A stretch of 44,333 nucleotides of DNA from the NCBI GenBank assembly GCA_051748045.1, contig JBNJGY010000012.1:1-44333 (forward strand). The letters are read 5' to 3'. The notes below the pieces were generated by a model, which saw only the letters and a program-made list of their open reading frames with translations, did not search any database and was not told where the DNA came from. The first letter of the stretch is position 1. Each line of letters opens with the position of its first letter. The position numbers were made by a program, and so were the translations under genes. This DNA is from Thermotogota bacterium. Lineage in GTDB: Bacteria > Thermotogota > Thermotogae > Petrotogales > Petrotogaceae. Shown here in pieces: positions 10,152 to 19,657 of the stretch.

Positions 10152-10181
10152 AAAAAGAGTTCTCAATTTGAGAACTCTTTT
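10151..10181. terminator. Bidirectional terminator between miaB and the flagellar operon
   Basis: aaaagagttctca-att-tgagaactctttt inverted repeat. Confidence 0.8.
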
Positions 10182-10452
10182 ATCTTAGTGGTTTAGAAAA
10201 ACTGTCAATAATATTTTGAGTTAAAGGTTTAAGACTAGTTTTAGTAATGTTTTGTGCATATTCAGCATTAATCATTTCATTAAACCATTTCTCGGTGTTA
10301 GATTTAGGGATCAATCTATCTTCTTCAAAAAGAGGATTGTCATTCATTTTGTTTAATATTTTTGTAAACATTGTACTAACTAGTTGTTGAGATGTTTCTT
10401 CTATATTTGTATTTTTATATGAAATATTTGTATTATATACTGGACCTACCAT
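10180..10452 (-). CDS. flgJ: Short FlgJ-like rod-binding protein (no muramidase domain)
   Basis: 90 aa directly after flgI. QQLVSTMFTKILNKM...EKWFNEMINAEYAQNI matches the rod-binding domain pattern. Confidence 0.7.
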   Translation of the reverse strand: MVGPVYNTNISYKNTNIEETSQQLVSTMFTKILNKMNDNPLFEEDRLIPKSNTEKWFNEMINAEYAQNITKTSLKPLTQNIIDSFSKPLR

Positions 10453-10453
10453 T

Positions 10454-11431
10454 TTACATCACCACTATTTCAGCATATACATGAGATTTTATTGCTTGAA
10501 TAATTGATATTATATCTTGAGGTAAAGCTCCAGCAGCTTTTAAAGCTCCAATAAGATTTTGTATACTAGCTTTTTGATCTCCAATTTTTCCATTCTCAAC
10601 ACTTATTACAAAATTACCATAACTCAATGTAAAATCTTCTATTTCAACGTTTCCACCCAAAACTACAGTTCCAGTTCTTTCGTTAATTATGATTTTAGCA
10701 GCTTGATCTGGTTTTACTTCTATTTCTTCTATCATTGAAATAAAAGAAATAACATCATCTGAAAACATTGAAGGGATTTCAACTTTTATCGAAGCTGCAT
10801 CTTGAGCTTTTGAAATATTTCTTGACAATGCATTGTCTATAGCCATAGCAACTCTAGAAGCTGTAGTAAAATCAGGTTGTTTAAGATTAACAGTTATAGT
10901 GTTATCATTAATAATATTCGAAGGAATTTCTCTTTCTATTATTGCTCCATCTGGTATTGAACCTACAACTCTATATTTATCTTGTAAATTAGAACTGTCA
11001 TTGATATCAGCGCCACCAGTAACAACATTTCCTTGAGCTACAGCATATACACTGTTATCTGCTCCATACAAAGGTGTTTGCATTAGGACGCCATTTTCAA
11101 GAGAGTCAGATTCTCCAATAGCAGCGACACTTATATCTAATCTCATACCAGTTTTATAAAAAGGAGGTATATCTGCATAAACCATTACTATAGCTGTGTT
11201 ATCTGATTCTATTTGTTGGCTTAAATCAATCCCTAAATTATTTATCATATTATCAAGCATTTCAGAAGTAACTTCTCCACCATCTCCAGTTCCATCTAAC
11301 CCAGTCACTAATCCAATACCAAAGAGTTGGTTGTCTCTAGCTCCTCTAAAATTAGATATATCTTTTAATCTTACTGAAAAAATTGTTATACTTAATCCTA
11401 ATAAAAATATTATTAATAAACTCTTTCTCAT
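10454..11431 (-). CDS. flgI: Flagellar P-ring protein
   Basis: Signal peptide, then VRLKDI, RDNQLFGIGLVTGLDGTGD, PDFTTA, INERTGTVV. Confidence 0.96.
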   Translation of the reverse strand: MRKSLLIIFLLGLSITIFSVRLKDISNFRGARDNQLFGIGLVTGLDGTGDGGEVTSEMLDNMINNLGIDLSQQIESDNTAIVMVYADIPPFYKTGMRLDISVAAIGESDSLENGVLMQTPLYGADNSVYAVAQGNVVTGGADINDSSNLQDKYRVVGSIPDGAIIEREIPSNIINDNTITVNLKQPDFTTASRVAMAIDNALSRNISKAQDAASIKVEIPSMFSDDVISFISMIEEIEVKPDQAAKIIINERTGTVVLGGNVEIEDFTLSYGNFVISVENGKIGDQKASIQNLIGALKAAGALPQDIISIIQAIKSHVYAEIVVM

Positions 11432-11451
11432 TATAAAATCACCTCATAGAA

Positions 11452-12057
11452 TCAAAAAAATACGTTTGCTATTCCTGATAATAACCAAGAAGTCCAAGAA
11501 GGTTCTGATGGGTCTTGTTGGAAAATGACATCACCGTCATACCATATTTTAGCATTTGCAATATCAGAAGAATTAACCATTCCAGTCCTAGATATTGATT
11601 TTTCTGATACATAACCTTCGATTATCATTTTTTGTCTATTTGACCCAACTTTTAGTTCTTTTTCACCTCGTAATTTAAATAAACCGTTATCATTTTCAGT
11701 AATTACTGATGAGATTAATAATTCAACATTTGCCTGGGAAGAAGATTCCTGATTTCTATTTTGAACATTTAAATCATCTGGATTAGTAGCTCCAAGAGGT
11801 AAAAAGTTTTTTAGATCAATTCCACCCAATGAATTAAACAGAGAGCCTAATGTATCAAGAGATGCACCTTTATTATCATTCATATCATCACTAATAGAAA
11901 AATTAGGGTTTTCTAAAACTTGTACAGTCAAGATATCTCCGACTTCATAATTATTATTATATGTATATAAAGATTTGTTTGATTCATTCCATAATGACTC
12001 AGAAAAAGATATTATTAAAATAAAAATAATTAAAAGAGTCAATATTATTTTTCTAAT
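11452..12057 (-). CDS. flgH: Flagellar L-ring protein
   Basis: SLW...VGDILTV, LRGEKELKV, VNSSDIANAKI; lies between flgA and flgI. Start is uncertain: GTG 12066 overlaps the SD, while ATT 12057 is well spaced. Confidence 0.88.
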   Translation of the reverse strand: MRKIILTLLIIFILIISFSESLWNESNKSLYTYNNNYEVGDILTVQVLENPNFSISDDMNDNKGASLDTLGSLFNSLGGIDLKNFLPLGATNPDDLNVQNRNQESSSQANVELLISSVITENDNGLFKLRGEKELKVGSNRQKMIIEGYVSEKSISRTGMVNSSDIANAKIWYDGDVIFQQDPSEPSWTSWLLSGIANVFF

Positions 12058-12058
12058 T

Positions 12059-12973
12059 TCATTCACCTCCCAGGTTAATAAAAACTGAGGGACCTTCTTT
12101 TAAAATTCCAGTTATTATTTCATCTGTTTCAATGTTAGTTAAAGTAATAGTTTGTCCATAAACTGAATCTTTTAATGCTTTTCCAATAGATTGTACTTTA
12201 ATTCCATTATAATCAACAAAAATATTAACTAAATCGCCTTTCAAAACGTCAGGAATTATTTTTAAATATGTTTGGTTAATCGGTTCATCTTTTTCAAAGT
12301 TTTTAGTAACTTTATATTTCCCAAGGGTAATATCATCTATAGTTGCTGTTTTGAAATTATATTCAAGTACATTTATTGTAGCTTCATAAGTATTATCAGC
12401 TTTTAAAGTATAACCTCTTGAAATCTGTTCTTCTGCAAAAATTATCTTTTTTAGTTTTTCAACTTTTATTTTTAAAGAAGAAAATTTTGTGATACCATTG
12501 GATTCATATTTTATAGATAAAAACAGATTGTCTTTATTTAAAAAATTATTTATAATTTCTATGTTGTTAACATCATCAACATTTGGTTCTTTAACAATTT
12601 TCAAAGGAGTAATTTTTGGATAATTTTCAGATATAAAATCTATAAAATAATTAAAAAAATCAAATGATTTTGAATTATTTTTTTTCACATATTTTTTAAT
12701 TGTTATTATGTCTGATTTGAATACTAAAGAAAAATCATTAAAATAAATATTTAAAAAAGGCTCTATTTTAGACCTTATTTCTTCTTTTGTGTAAGAGTAT
12801 TCATCGTTGTATAAATAATTAATTGTTCTATCAAAGGATATATCATTGAAAAAATCTTTAAGAGATAATCTGTTGTCATCTGTATATATTGTTTCTTCGA
12901 CAACAAAAATATTAGTAGAAAATATTGATAAAAAAAGAATTACAAAAATTAAAAATGTTAATCTATATTTCAA
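12059..12973 (-). CDS. flgA: Flagellar P-ring formation chaperone
   Basis: Signal peptide; C-terminal SAF/ChapFlgA pattern (VLKGDLVNI...GIKVQSIGKALKD...GQTITLTN); position in flgG-A-H-I. Confidence 0.85.
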   Translation of the reverse strand: MKYRLTFLIFVILFLSIFSTNIFVVEETIYTDDNRLSLKDFFNDISFDRTINYLYNDEYSYTKEEIRSKIEPFLNIYFNDFSLVFKSDIITIKKYVKKNNSKSFDFFNYFIDFISENYPKITPLKIVKEPNVDDVNNIEIINNFLNKDNLFLSIKYESNGITKFSSLKIKVEKLKKIIFAEEQISRGYTLKADNTYEATINVLEYNFKTATIDDITLGKYKVTKNFEKDEPINQTYLKIIPDVLKGDLVNIFVDYNGIKVQSIGKALKDSVYGQTITLTNIETDEIITGILKEGPSVFINLGGE

Positions 12974-12987
12974 TTTTTAATTACCTC

Positions 12988-13773
12988 TTATCTTTTTAAG
13001 TTTGAAACTGTTTGAAGCATTTGATCGGATGTTGTGATTGATTTAGAATTTATATCATAAGCTCTTTGGGCAGTAATCATATTAACCATTTCCTTTACTA
13101 CTTCAACATTTGACTTTTCCAAATAGCTTTGTCTTACTCCACCAAAACCATCTTGGTCAGGTATTCCTTCAACTGGATCACCTGAAGCGTTGGTTTGTTG
13201 ATATAAATTATCTCCTAATGGTTTTAAACCAGCGGGATTTGAAAATCTCACTAAACTAATATTTCCTAAATTTTCAATGTTTCCATCAGCTAATTCAACA
13301 CTAACTATTCCATCGGAAGAAATATTAATTCCAGTAGCATTTTCTGGAATAACCATATTTGGAACCATTAAAAGGCCATTACTTGTAACTAATCTTCCAT
13401 CTGCATCCCTTTTAAATGAACCATCTCTTGTATAAGCAATTCTTCCATCTTGTTGTTGTACTTGGAAAAATCCATCTCCCATAATAGCCATGTCAGTAGA
13501 TACACCAGTTTCCTCAATATTTCCTATTGTAAAAATTCTATTTGTGGCAGCCAATCTTGTACCATGCCCTACATATAAACCAGTTGGTAGAGTAGAATTT
13601 CCTGCTGTTGGAGTTCCAGCTTCTCTAACTGATTGATAGAGCAAATCTTGGAATTCAGCCCTTTGTCTTTTATAACCTGTTGTATCAACATTTGCTAAGT
13701 TATTTGATATTATATCTAATTTTGTTTGTTCAGCATTCATACCAGTTGCTGCACTGTAAAGAGATACTAACAT
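12988..13773 (-). CDS. flgG: Flagellar distal rod protein
   Basis: SLYSAATGM, ISNNLANVDTTGYK, YTRDGSF, LEKSNVEVVKEMVNMITAQRAY. Confidence 0.95.
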   Translation of the reverse strand: MLVSLYSAATGMNAEQTKLDIISNNLANVDTTGYKRQRAEFQDLLYQSVREAGTPTAGNSTLPTGLYVGHGTRLAATNRIFTIGNIEETGVSTDMAIMGDGFFQVQQQDGRIAYTRDGSFKRDADGRLVTSNGLLMVPNMVIPENATGINISSDGIVSVELADGNIENLGNISLVRFSNPAGLKPLGDNLYQQTNASGDPVEGIPDQDGFGGVRQSYLEKSNVEVVKEMVNMITAQRAYDINSKSITTSDQMLQTVSNLKR

Positions 13774-13788
13774 ATTTTAAAAACCCCC

Positions 13789-14505
13789 TTAAATATTTTG
13801 AGCTATTTCATTTATTTTTGCATTTAAACCGTCATTAGAAGATACAGCTTTTTGTAAAATATCAAATTTTCTATTTGCATTTATCAAATTCACCATTTCA
13901 TTTAAAGCATTAACATTTGATTTCTCAATTGCATATTGCCTTAAAGTGAAATCTTCAGCTTGTATTTCATCTCCTTGAAAAAGGGTATAACCATGCTTTT
14001 CAATATTTTCAAGATCTACAATATTAATATATTCATTTGTATTGTTAATATTTCCATTTCCATTCACATTGAAATCTTCAGAAACTTGAATTCTTTCATT
14101 CTCTACATTAAGAACATAATCTCCAGAATTATTTACTAGAAATCCTTCTGAATTTCTTTTGAATTCACCATTTTTGCTATAATAGTATTCATCATCTCTT
14201 TCAACTTTGAAAAAACCATTACCTTCTATAGCAAAATCATATTTATTCCCTGTTTCTAATATTTCACCTTGTGAAAAAATAGGAGATATATCATCTAAGA
14301 CAGTTCCTGAATATATATTTCCAAGGGTTTCAATTTTATTTTTTTTGTTGTTATATGAACTAATTTCTCTTTCATATACAGCACTAAAAGAATTAATATC
14401 TTTTTTGTAGCCAGTGGTATCTACATTAGCCAGATTGTTAGAAATTGTATTCAAATCTGTTAATGAGTTTAGCATACCATTTCCAGCAAAATATACGCCT
14501 CTCAT
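13789..14505 (-). CDS. flgF: Flagellar proximal rod / hook-basal body protein (FlgF/FlhO-like)
   Basis: ISNNLANVDTTGYKK, DFAIEGNGFF, EKSNVNALNEMV; upstream of flgG. Confidence 0.85.
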   Translation of the reverse strand: MRGVYFAGNGMLNSLTDLNTISNNLANVDTTGYKKDINSFSAVYEREISSYNNKKNKIETLGNIYSGTVLDDISPIFSQGEILETGNKYDFAIEGNGFFKVERDDEYYYSKNGEFKRNSEGFLVNNSGDYVLNVENERIQVSEDFNVNGNGNINNTNEYINIVDLENIEKHGYTLFQGDEIQAEDFTLRQYAIEKSNVNALNEMVNLINANRKFDILQKAVSSNDGLNAKINEIAQNI

Positions 14506-14522
14506 TTTTATTCCTCCTAGAA

Positions 14523-15524
14523 TTATTCAACATTGACTCTGTTTAATAATTCTACATCTTCGAGCAAAATTCCTGTACCTTTTGCACAAGATAAATGAGG
14601 ATCTTCTGAAACACTAGTTTCTACGCCTATTTTTTCAGTTATTAATTTATCTAAACCCCTAATTCTTGAAACTCCTCCAACAAGAACAATTCCATTTTGA
14701 CTAACATCAGCCGCCAATTCCGGTGGAGTTTGTTCTAACACATTTTTAATTTTTAAAATTATTTCATTTAAAACAGGTTTTATAGCATTAAAAATATCCA
14801 TAGAATTTATTTTTAATGATGATGGCAAGCCTGTTTTTATATCTTGACCTTTAATATCAATATCTATGTCTTCCTCATTTTCATAAGCTTTTCCAATTTG
14901 TATTTTTATTCTTTCAGCAGTAGCTTCACCAATAGAGAATCTATAATGTTTTTTTATGTATTTTACTATTTCTTCATCCATGGCTTCTCCTGCAGTTTTT
15001 ATTGATTCAGATCTTACGCTTCCCCCTAAAGAAATAACAGAAATATCAGTAGTGCCACCTCCTATGTCAACAACCATATGGCCGTTTGGCTCAGTTATCT
15101 GCATATCAGAGCCTATTGCAGCAGCTAGTGGTTCTGACACCAAATATACTTTTGAAGCACCAACTCTTTGGGCTGCTTCTTTTACAGCTCTTCTTTCAAC
15201 ATCTGTAGTTAAAGCAGGGATTCCGATTATTAATTTGGGTTTAGAAAAACTTACACCTTTTTTTGCTTTTTTAAAGAAAAACCTTAATACTTCTTCAATA
15301 ATCATTGGATTGGTAATAACTCCGTCCTGAACAGGTCTTATAACTTCAATTTGATCAGGTGTTTTTCCAATCATATTTTTAGCTTCTGTACCTATTGCAA
15401 TTATTATTTTCTTTTTTTTATCTACAGCTACCACAGATGGTTCTTCAATAATAATTCCTACGCCTCTTTGATATACAACAAAAGTAGCTGTCCCTAAGTC
15501 TATACCTAAATCATGTCTTGACAT
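14523..15524 (-). CDS. mreB: Rod shape-determining actin homologue (MreB/Mbl)
   Basis: GIDLGTA, EPSVVA, EPLAAAIG, VVDIGGGTT, IGEATAERIK. Confidence 0.93.
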   Translation of the reverse strand: MSRHDLGIDLGTATFVVYQRGVGIIIEEPSVVAVDKKKKIIIAIGTEAKNMIGKTPDQIEVIRPVQDGVITNPMIIEEVLRFFFKKAKKGVSFSKPKLIIGIPALTTDVERRAVKEAAQRVGASKVYLVSEPLAAAIGSDMQITEPNGHMVVDIGGGTTDISVISLGGSVRSESIKTAGEAMDEEIVKYIKKHYRFSIGEATAERIKIQIGKAYENEEDIDIDIKGQDIKTGLPSSLKINSMDIFNAIKPVLNEIILKIKNVLEQTPPELAADVSQNGIVLVGGVSRIRGLDKLITEKIGVETSVSEDPHLSCAKGTGILLEDVELLNRVNVE

Positions 15525-15547
15525 AAAAATACCTCCCGGTAAAGAAA

Positions 15548-16183
15548 TTATTTTTCATAATTTTCTATATTTTTAAAATTTATTATAATATCAAAATTAC
15601 TTTTTTCGATTACTGAATATTCTGTAAAAATATTCCTACTGAAATAATACCAAAACAACCATGGATCTTTTATTTCATAATTAAAATTTTCTTTTGGTTT
15701 CTTGATTGCAACATCTTGAACTAATACGTTTTTCCCCTCTACTTTATCTTTATCTATTGTATATATTTCTTTCTCATTGATAAGGTATCCTATGTTTTCA
15801 TTTTTTAAAAAAACAGAAAGGATCAAAGTTGCACTGTTTTGATCCTTTGTTTTCTTGATTTTTTTAGAATTGACTTTTCCTTTCATTTCATTGTATAAAG
15901 ATTGTGTTGTTAATCTCTCATCTACTAGATAAAAATCATTATCAAGATCTTTGGAAATTTCAATAGCTTGATTAATAGTTTTAAAACTCTGTTTCGAAAA
16001 ATTTGAAGACATAGATTTCGGCAATCCAAAAACGACTATGTCGTTAGTTTTTAATTGGCTTTTTAAAAAATTTTTTAAATCCTTTTTATCTATTGTTGTG
16101 TGTGGAGAAGCTATTTTTAATATTTCATTTGCTTTAGCAATCCCACATTTTTTATCTCCGTAATCAATTCCATAATAATTCAA
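15548..16183 (-). CDS. yqgF: YqgF/RuvX pre-16S rRNA nuclease with C-terminal extension
   Basis: GIDYGDKKCGIA, VVFGLP, VDERLTT, D..SATLIL. Confidence 0.88.
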   Translation of the reverse strand: MNYYGIDYGDKKCGIAKANEILKIASPHTTIDKKDLKNFLKSQLKTNDIVVFGLPKSMSSNFSKQSFKTINQAIEISKDLDNDFYLVDERLTTQSLYNEMKGKVNSKKIKKTKDQNSATLILSVFLKNENIGYLINEKEIYTIDKDKVEGKNVLVQDVAIKKPKENFNYEIKDPWLFWYYFSRNIFTEYSVIEKSNFDIIINFKNIENYEK

Positions 16184-16440
16184 TTTATTAACAACTCCTG
16201 TATAATATCTTTTTTTAAAAGAGTTATGTTATAATCAACAGCACTTTTATTCAATAAATTAGATATTTTATTACCATCTTCACTGCAAAATGATATTATA
16301 GGAGCACAACTTTCTAAAATAGTTTTTGGCGCTGGGTAAATTTTTGAAAAGATACCATTTTTATCTAATATTTTTTTAATTTGTATTATTTTCTGGTTAT
16401 TTATTATTAGAACAGAATCTAAGTCTAAGGTAGTTTTCAT
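16180..16440 (-). CDS. DUF3343-like small protein
   Basis: KKILDKNGI.SKIYPAPKTILESC pattern; coupled to yqgF by a TTGA overlap. Confidence 0.65.
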   Translation of the reverse strand: MKTTLDLDSVLIINNQKIIQIKKILDKNGIFSKIYPAPKTILESCAPIISFCSEDGNKISNLLNKSAVDYNITLLKKDIIQELLIN

Positions 16441-16443
16441 ATT

Positions 16444-19400
16444 TTAAACCTCTCTATTTTTCACATTGGTTATATCATTTTTAAGCATATCCATAAACTC
16501 TTTCGTATCTACATTTTTATAAAAGTGAACGGTTTCTTTTATAATCCAATCATCAATTATACTCTCTTTATTTCTTACTGTTTTATGTAAAGATTTTAAA
16601 TTAAAATTTTCTATGATTTCTAATTCATTAGAATTTTTTATTATCAATCCTGAATCTATCAATTCATCAATGACTATTTTCGAGAACTCTTGATCACCTT
16701 TAAAAAAATCATCAATTAGTTCATTTTCTTTAGTTATATTTTTTTCTTTTATAAAGTCATAAGTTTGCTTCAGCACATTACTTGAAGGATAAAATCTTGA
16801 ATAATCATACAACAATCTTGCTTTAAATTTATCATCATAACCTAGGACTATATCTAGAGCGCCTTTTTTTGAACTCCAAGAAGAAAATAAATCAATTAAT
16901 TCCAATCTGCTTTTTGGTAAATCCAAAAGAATGAAAATTGGATTTTTATTTTGATTCTCAAGAGGTAATCCATTTGTTGAATATGATGTAATTAAAACGT
17001 TTGAAGAATGTTTTTTTATATTTTCTCTTGTCATTAATTTCGATGAAAAATCCATAGAATGATTGAAAAGTCTTATTCCATCATTTAAAAAGCCAAATTT
17101 TTCCTTCATCACATTTGAAAGTATTTCTTGTTTTTTCTTATCATTTAAGACTATTACTTTTTGTTTTGACTCTTTTAAATATTCTTTTAAAACCATCATA
17201 AGACTCTTATTCTCTTTTATTATCTCATAATTTGATACATTTACATTTGAAACTAAAGTTTTAAAACCAGCCCTTTTAAAAAACTCTTTTAGGCTAGTGT
17301 GAAAAAGAGTTCCAAAAATTGAAATATTGTCTTTTTTATAAATTATATATTTTCTGAATTCTTTGTATTCGCTAACATTCTTAACTGCATTGTGTGAAAT
17401 TGAATAATAAGGTTCATCTATTATAACTTCAAATTTATCAGTACTAAACATTTTAGCGTTATGAAAAAATGCTGGTACTGTAAGCATAATAATTTTTTCT
17501 TTGTCAATAGTTTTACTATTTATCCTGCTTCTTTTATTATAATAAATATTATTTGGAGAAATATATGAGGTTAGTATATTATGTGTATGTCTCATTATTA
17601 GATGAGAGGATGAAATAATAATAACTTTTTTATTATTTTTTATACTATCAAGAGTTTTTTTCAGAATAGCTGCATATTTCAGTTTACTAGGTAAAAACAT
17701 AGCGATTTTTTTACTATTTAGATTTCTTTCTATTACTTCCATTTTTGTTATTTTGTATAGTTCTTCTTTTAGAAGTGAATTAGTATCTAGGTTTTCTGGG
17801 TTTTCTGAAATAGTTTCATTATTTTTTAACTCTAGATCTTTGAGATAGAATTTAAGAAATTTATGTCTTAAGTTATATGAATTTTCTTCTCTAAAATTCC
17901 CTACTATATCTATATATACACTATTAGGATTATTGTATCTGATATCTTTTAATTTTGGAGCTAACCCATAACCAATTATATCCATAATAAAATCTTTTTT
18001 ATTTCTCATTTTTCCTGCAAAGCTCTCAACAGCATTTCCAAAGAATTTTAAATTATCTACCCTAACATTTTTCATCATAAATACAGGTTCAGGATTTTTA
18101 TATCCATAAGGTTCTAATTTAGCTATATCATCAAAAAATGTTGGCCATATTTTATCTATTTCCATATCTATTGTTATTTCTGATACGGGAATAGTATCGC
18201 CATATATTTTATTATAAGAATTGTTAATAGAACATCTTAACTTATCTATATTTTCATTACATAAAGAAAACCCAGCGGCTAACTCATGCCCACCAAATTC
18301 TTGAAAAATATTTTCTTCAGAACTTTTCTTGAAAATATTCATAAGACTAATTCCTTGCAAGCTTCTAGCAGATCCCTTTCCATATTCACCCTCTTCAGAA
18401 ACCATAAGAACAGGTTTGTTGAATTGTGAAGAAAGTTTTGAAGCAACTATACCCAAAACTCCTAAATGCCAGTTTTCTCCATGAAGAACAATTACTTTAT
18501 CTTTTTTATATTCAGGATTTACATCCATCAAACTCAAAGCAAACAAATATATTTCTTTTTCTTTAGTTTGTCTCTTTGAATTTAGTCTAATCAATGCAGA
18601 GACATTTTTATCAATTTCCTCTTTATTTTCAGAAGTCAAAAGTTTAAAAGCTGTAAAAGCGTCTGCCATTCTTCCAGCTGCGTTTATTTTTGGAGCAACT
18701 TTGTAAGCAATAACGTGAGATCTAATTTCTGACGAAACAATTCGTAACTGCTTTAATAAAGCTGCAACCCCTTTTGTTGGATTTGTTTTAAGCTTCTCAA
18801 TACCTCTTTTTACAAAATATCTATTTTCTGATAACAAAGGAACTATATCAGCGATAGTTCCAATAGCGACCAAATCTATCAAAGTGTAAGGGTCAAAATC
18901 AGAATCTAAATAATCAGTTAGAGCCAACAAAAATTTAAATGCGACACCTACCCCTGCAAGGCCCTGAAAAGGATAATCACCATCTTTTCTTTTTGGATTT
19001 ATGGTTGCATCAGCAGGTGGCAAGATTTCTTTTTGTTCATGATGATCTGTTACAACAACACGCATTCCCAAATCCTTTGCATATTTGATCTCTTCTACAG
19101 AAGTTATACCGCAGTCTACTGTTATAATGTTTTTGAAACCATTGTTGTATAATTCATCTATGGCATCGTTGTTTAAACTATAACCTTCATCCATTCTGCT
19201 GGGTATATATGCGTCTACATTGAATCCTAGTTCTTTTAAACCTAAGTACAATGTTGAAGCAGCTGTAACTCCATCAACGTCATAATCACCAAACACTACA
19301 ATTTTTTCTTTATCATTTAATATTTCATTTAGTACTTTTACCCCTTTTTCCATGTCTTTTAGTTTAAAAGGATCTATTACTTGGTTTTCATTCGGATTTA

Positions 19401-19563
19401 AAAATTCAAGAGCTTCTTTTTCATCAGTTATACCCCTTGTTACTAATAACTTGGATAAAAAATCAGAACAACCAATCTTTTCAGACAGGTTTTCAGCAGC
19501 CTTTAAATGCTTTTTATACTCCGAATCTTTTGGGTCCCAAAAGACCCTCCAGATATTTTTCAT
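16444..19563 (-). CDS. recJ: ssDNA exonuclease RecJ with long C-terminal helicase-like extension
   Basis: GDYDVDG, ITVDCG, TDHH, GTIADIVPL, PKINAAGR, GSARS, GGHELAAG, LEPYGYKNPEP; 1039 aa. Confidence 0.95.
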   Translation of the reverse strand: MKNIWRVFWDPKDSEYKKHLKAAENLSEKIGCSDFLSKLLVTRGITDEKEALEFLNPNENQVIDPFKLKDMEKGVKVLNEILNDKEKIVVFGDYDVDGVTAASTLYLGLKELGFNVDAYIPSRMDEGYSLNNDAIDELYNNGFKNIITVDCGITSVEEIKYAKDLGMRVVVTDHHEQKEILPPADATINPKRKDGDYPFQGLAGVGVAFKFLLALTDYLDSDFDPYTLIDLVAIGTIADIVPLLSENRYFVKRGIEKLKTNPTKGVAALLKQLRIVSSEIRSHVIAYKVAPKINAAGRMADAFTAFKLLTSENKEEIDKNVSALIRLNSKRQTKEKEIYLFALSLMDVNPEYKKDKVIVLHGENWHLGVLGIVASKLSSQFNKPVLMVSEEGEYGKGSARSLQGISLMNIFKKSSEENIFQEFGGHELAAGFSLCNENIDKLRCSINNSYNKIYGDTIPVSEITIDMEIDKIWPTFFDDIAKLEPYGYKNPEPVFMMKNVRVDNLKFFGNAVESFAGKMRNKKDFIMDIIGYGLAPKLKDIRYNNPNSVYIDIVGNFREENSYNLRHKFLKFYLKDLELKNNETISENPENLDTNSLLKEELYKITKMEVIERNLNSKKIAMFLPSKLKYAAILKKTLDSIKNNKKVIIISSSHLIMRHTHNILTSYISPNNIYYNKRSRINSKTIDKEKIIMLTVPAFFHNAKMFSTDKFEVIIDEPYYSISHNAVKNVSEYKEFRKYIIYKKDNISIFGTLFHTSLKEFFKRAGFKTLVSNVNVSNYEIIKENKSLMMVLKEYLKESKQKVIVLNDKKKQEILSNVMKEKFGFLNDGIRLFNHSMDFSSKLMTRENIKKHSSNVLITSYSTNGLPLENQNKNPIFILLDLPKSRLELIDLFSSWSSKKGALDIVLGYDDKFKARLLYDYSRFYPSSNVLKQTYDFIKEKNITKENELIDDFFKGDQEFSKIVIDELIDSGLIIKNSNELEIIENFNLKSLHKTVRNKESIIDDWIIKETVHFYKNVDTKEFMDMLKNDITNVKNREV

Positions 19564-19596
19564 ATAGCCCTCTCTCCTTTTTTTCTTTTTGTATAT

Positions 19597-19625
19597 ATTA
19601 TACTAAAATAATGTTTAAATAACAA
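19597..19625 (-). promoter_or_regulatory. Sigma70-type promoter for the recJ...flgJ operon
   Basis: TTGTTA (19625-19620), 17 nt, TATAAT (19602-19597). Confidence 0.6.
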
Positions 19626-19657
19626 TAAGAAAAGGCAGCTATATTTTTAAATGAGAA

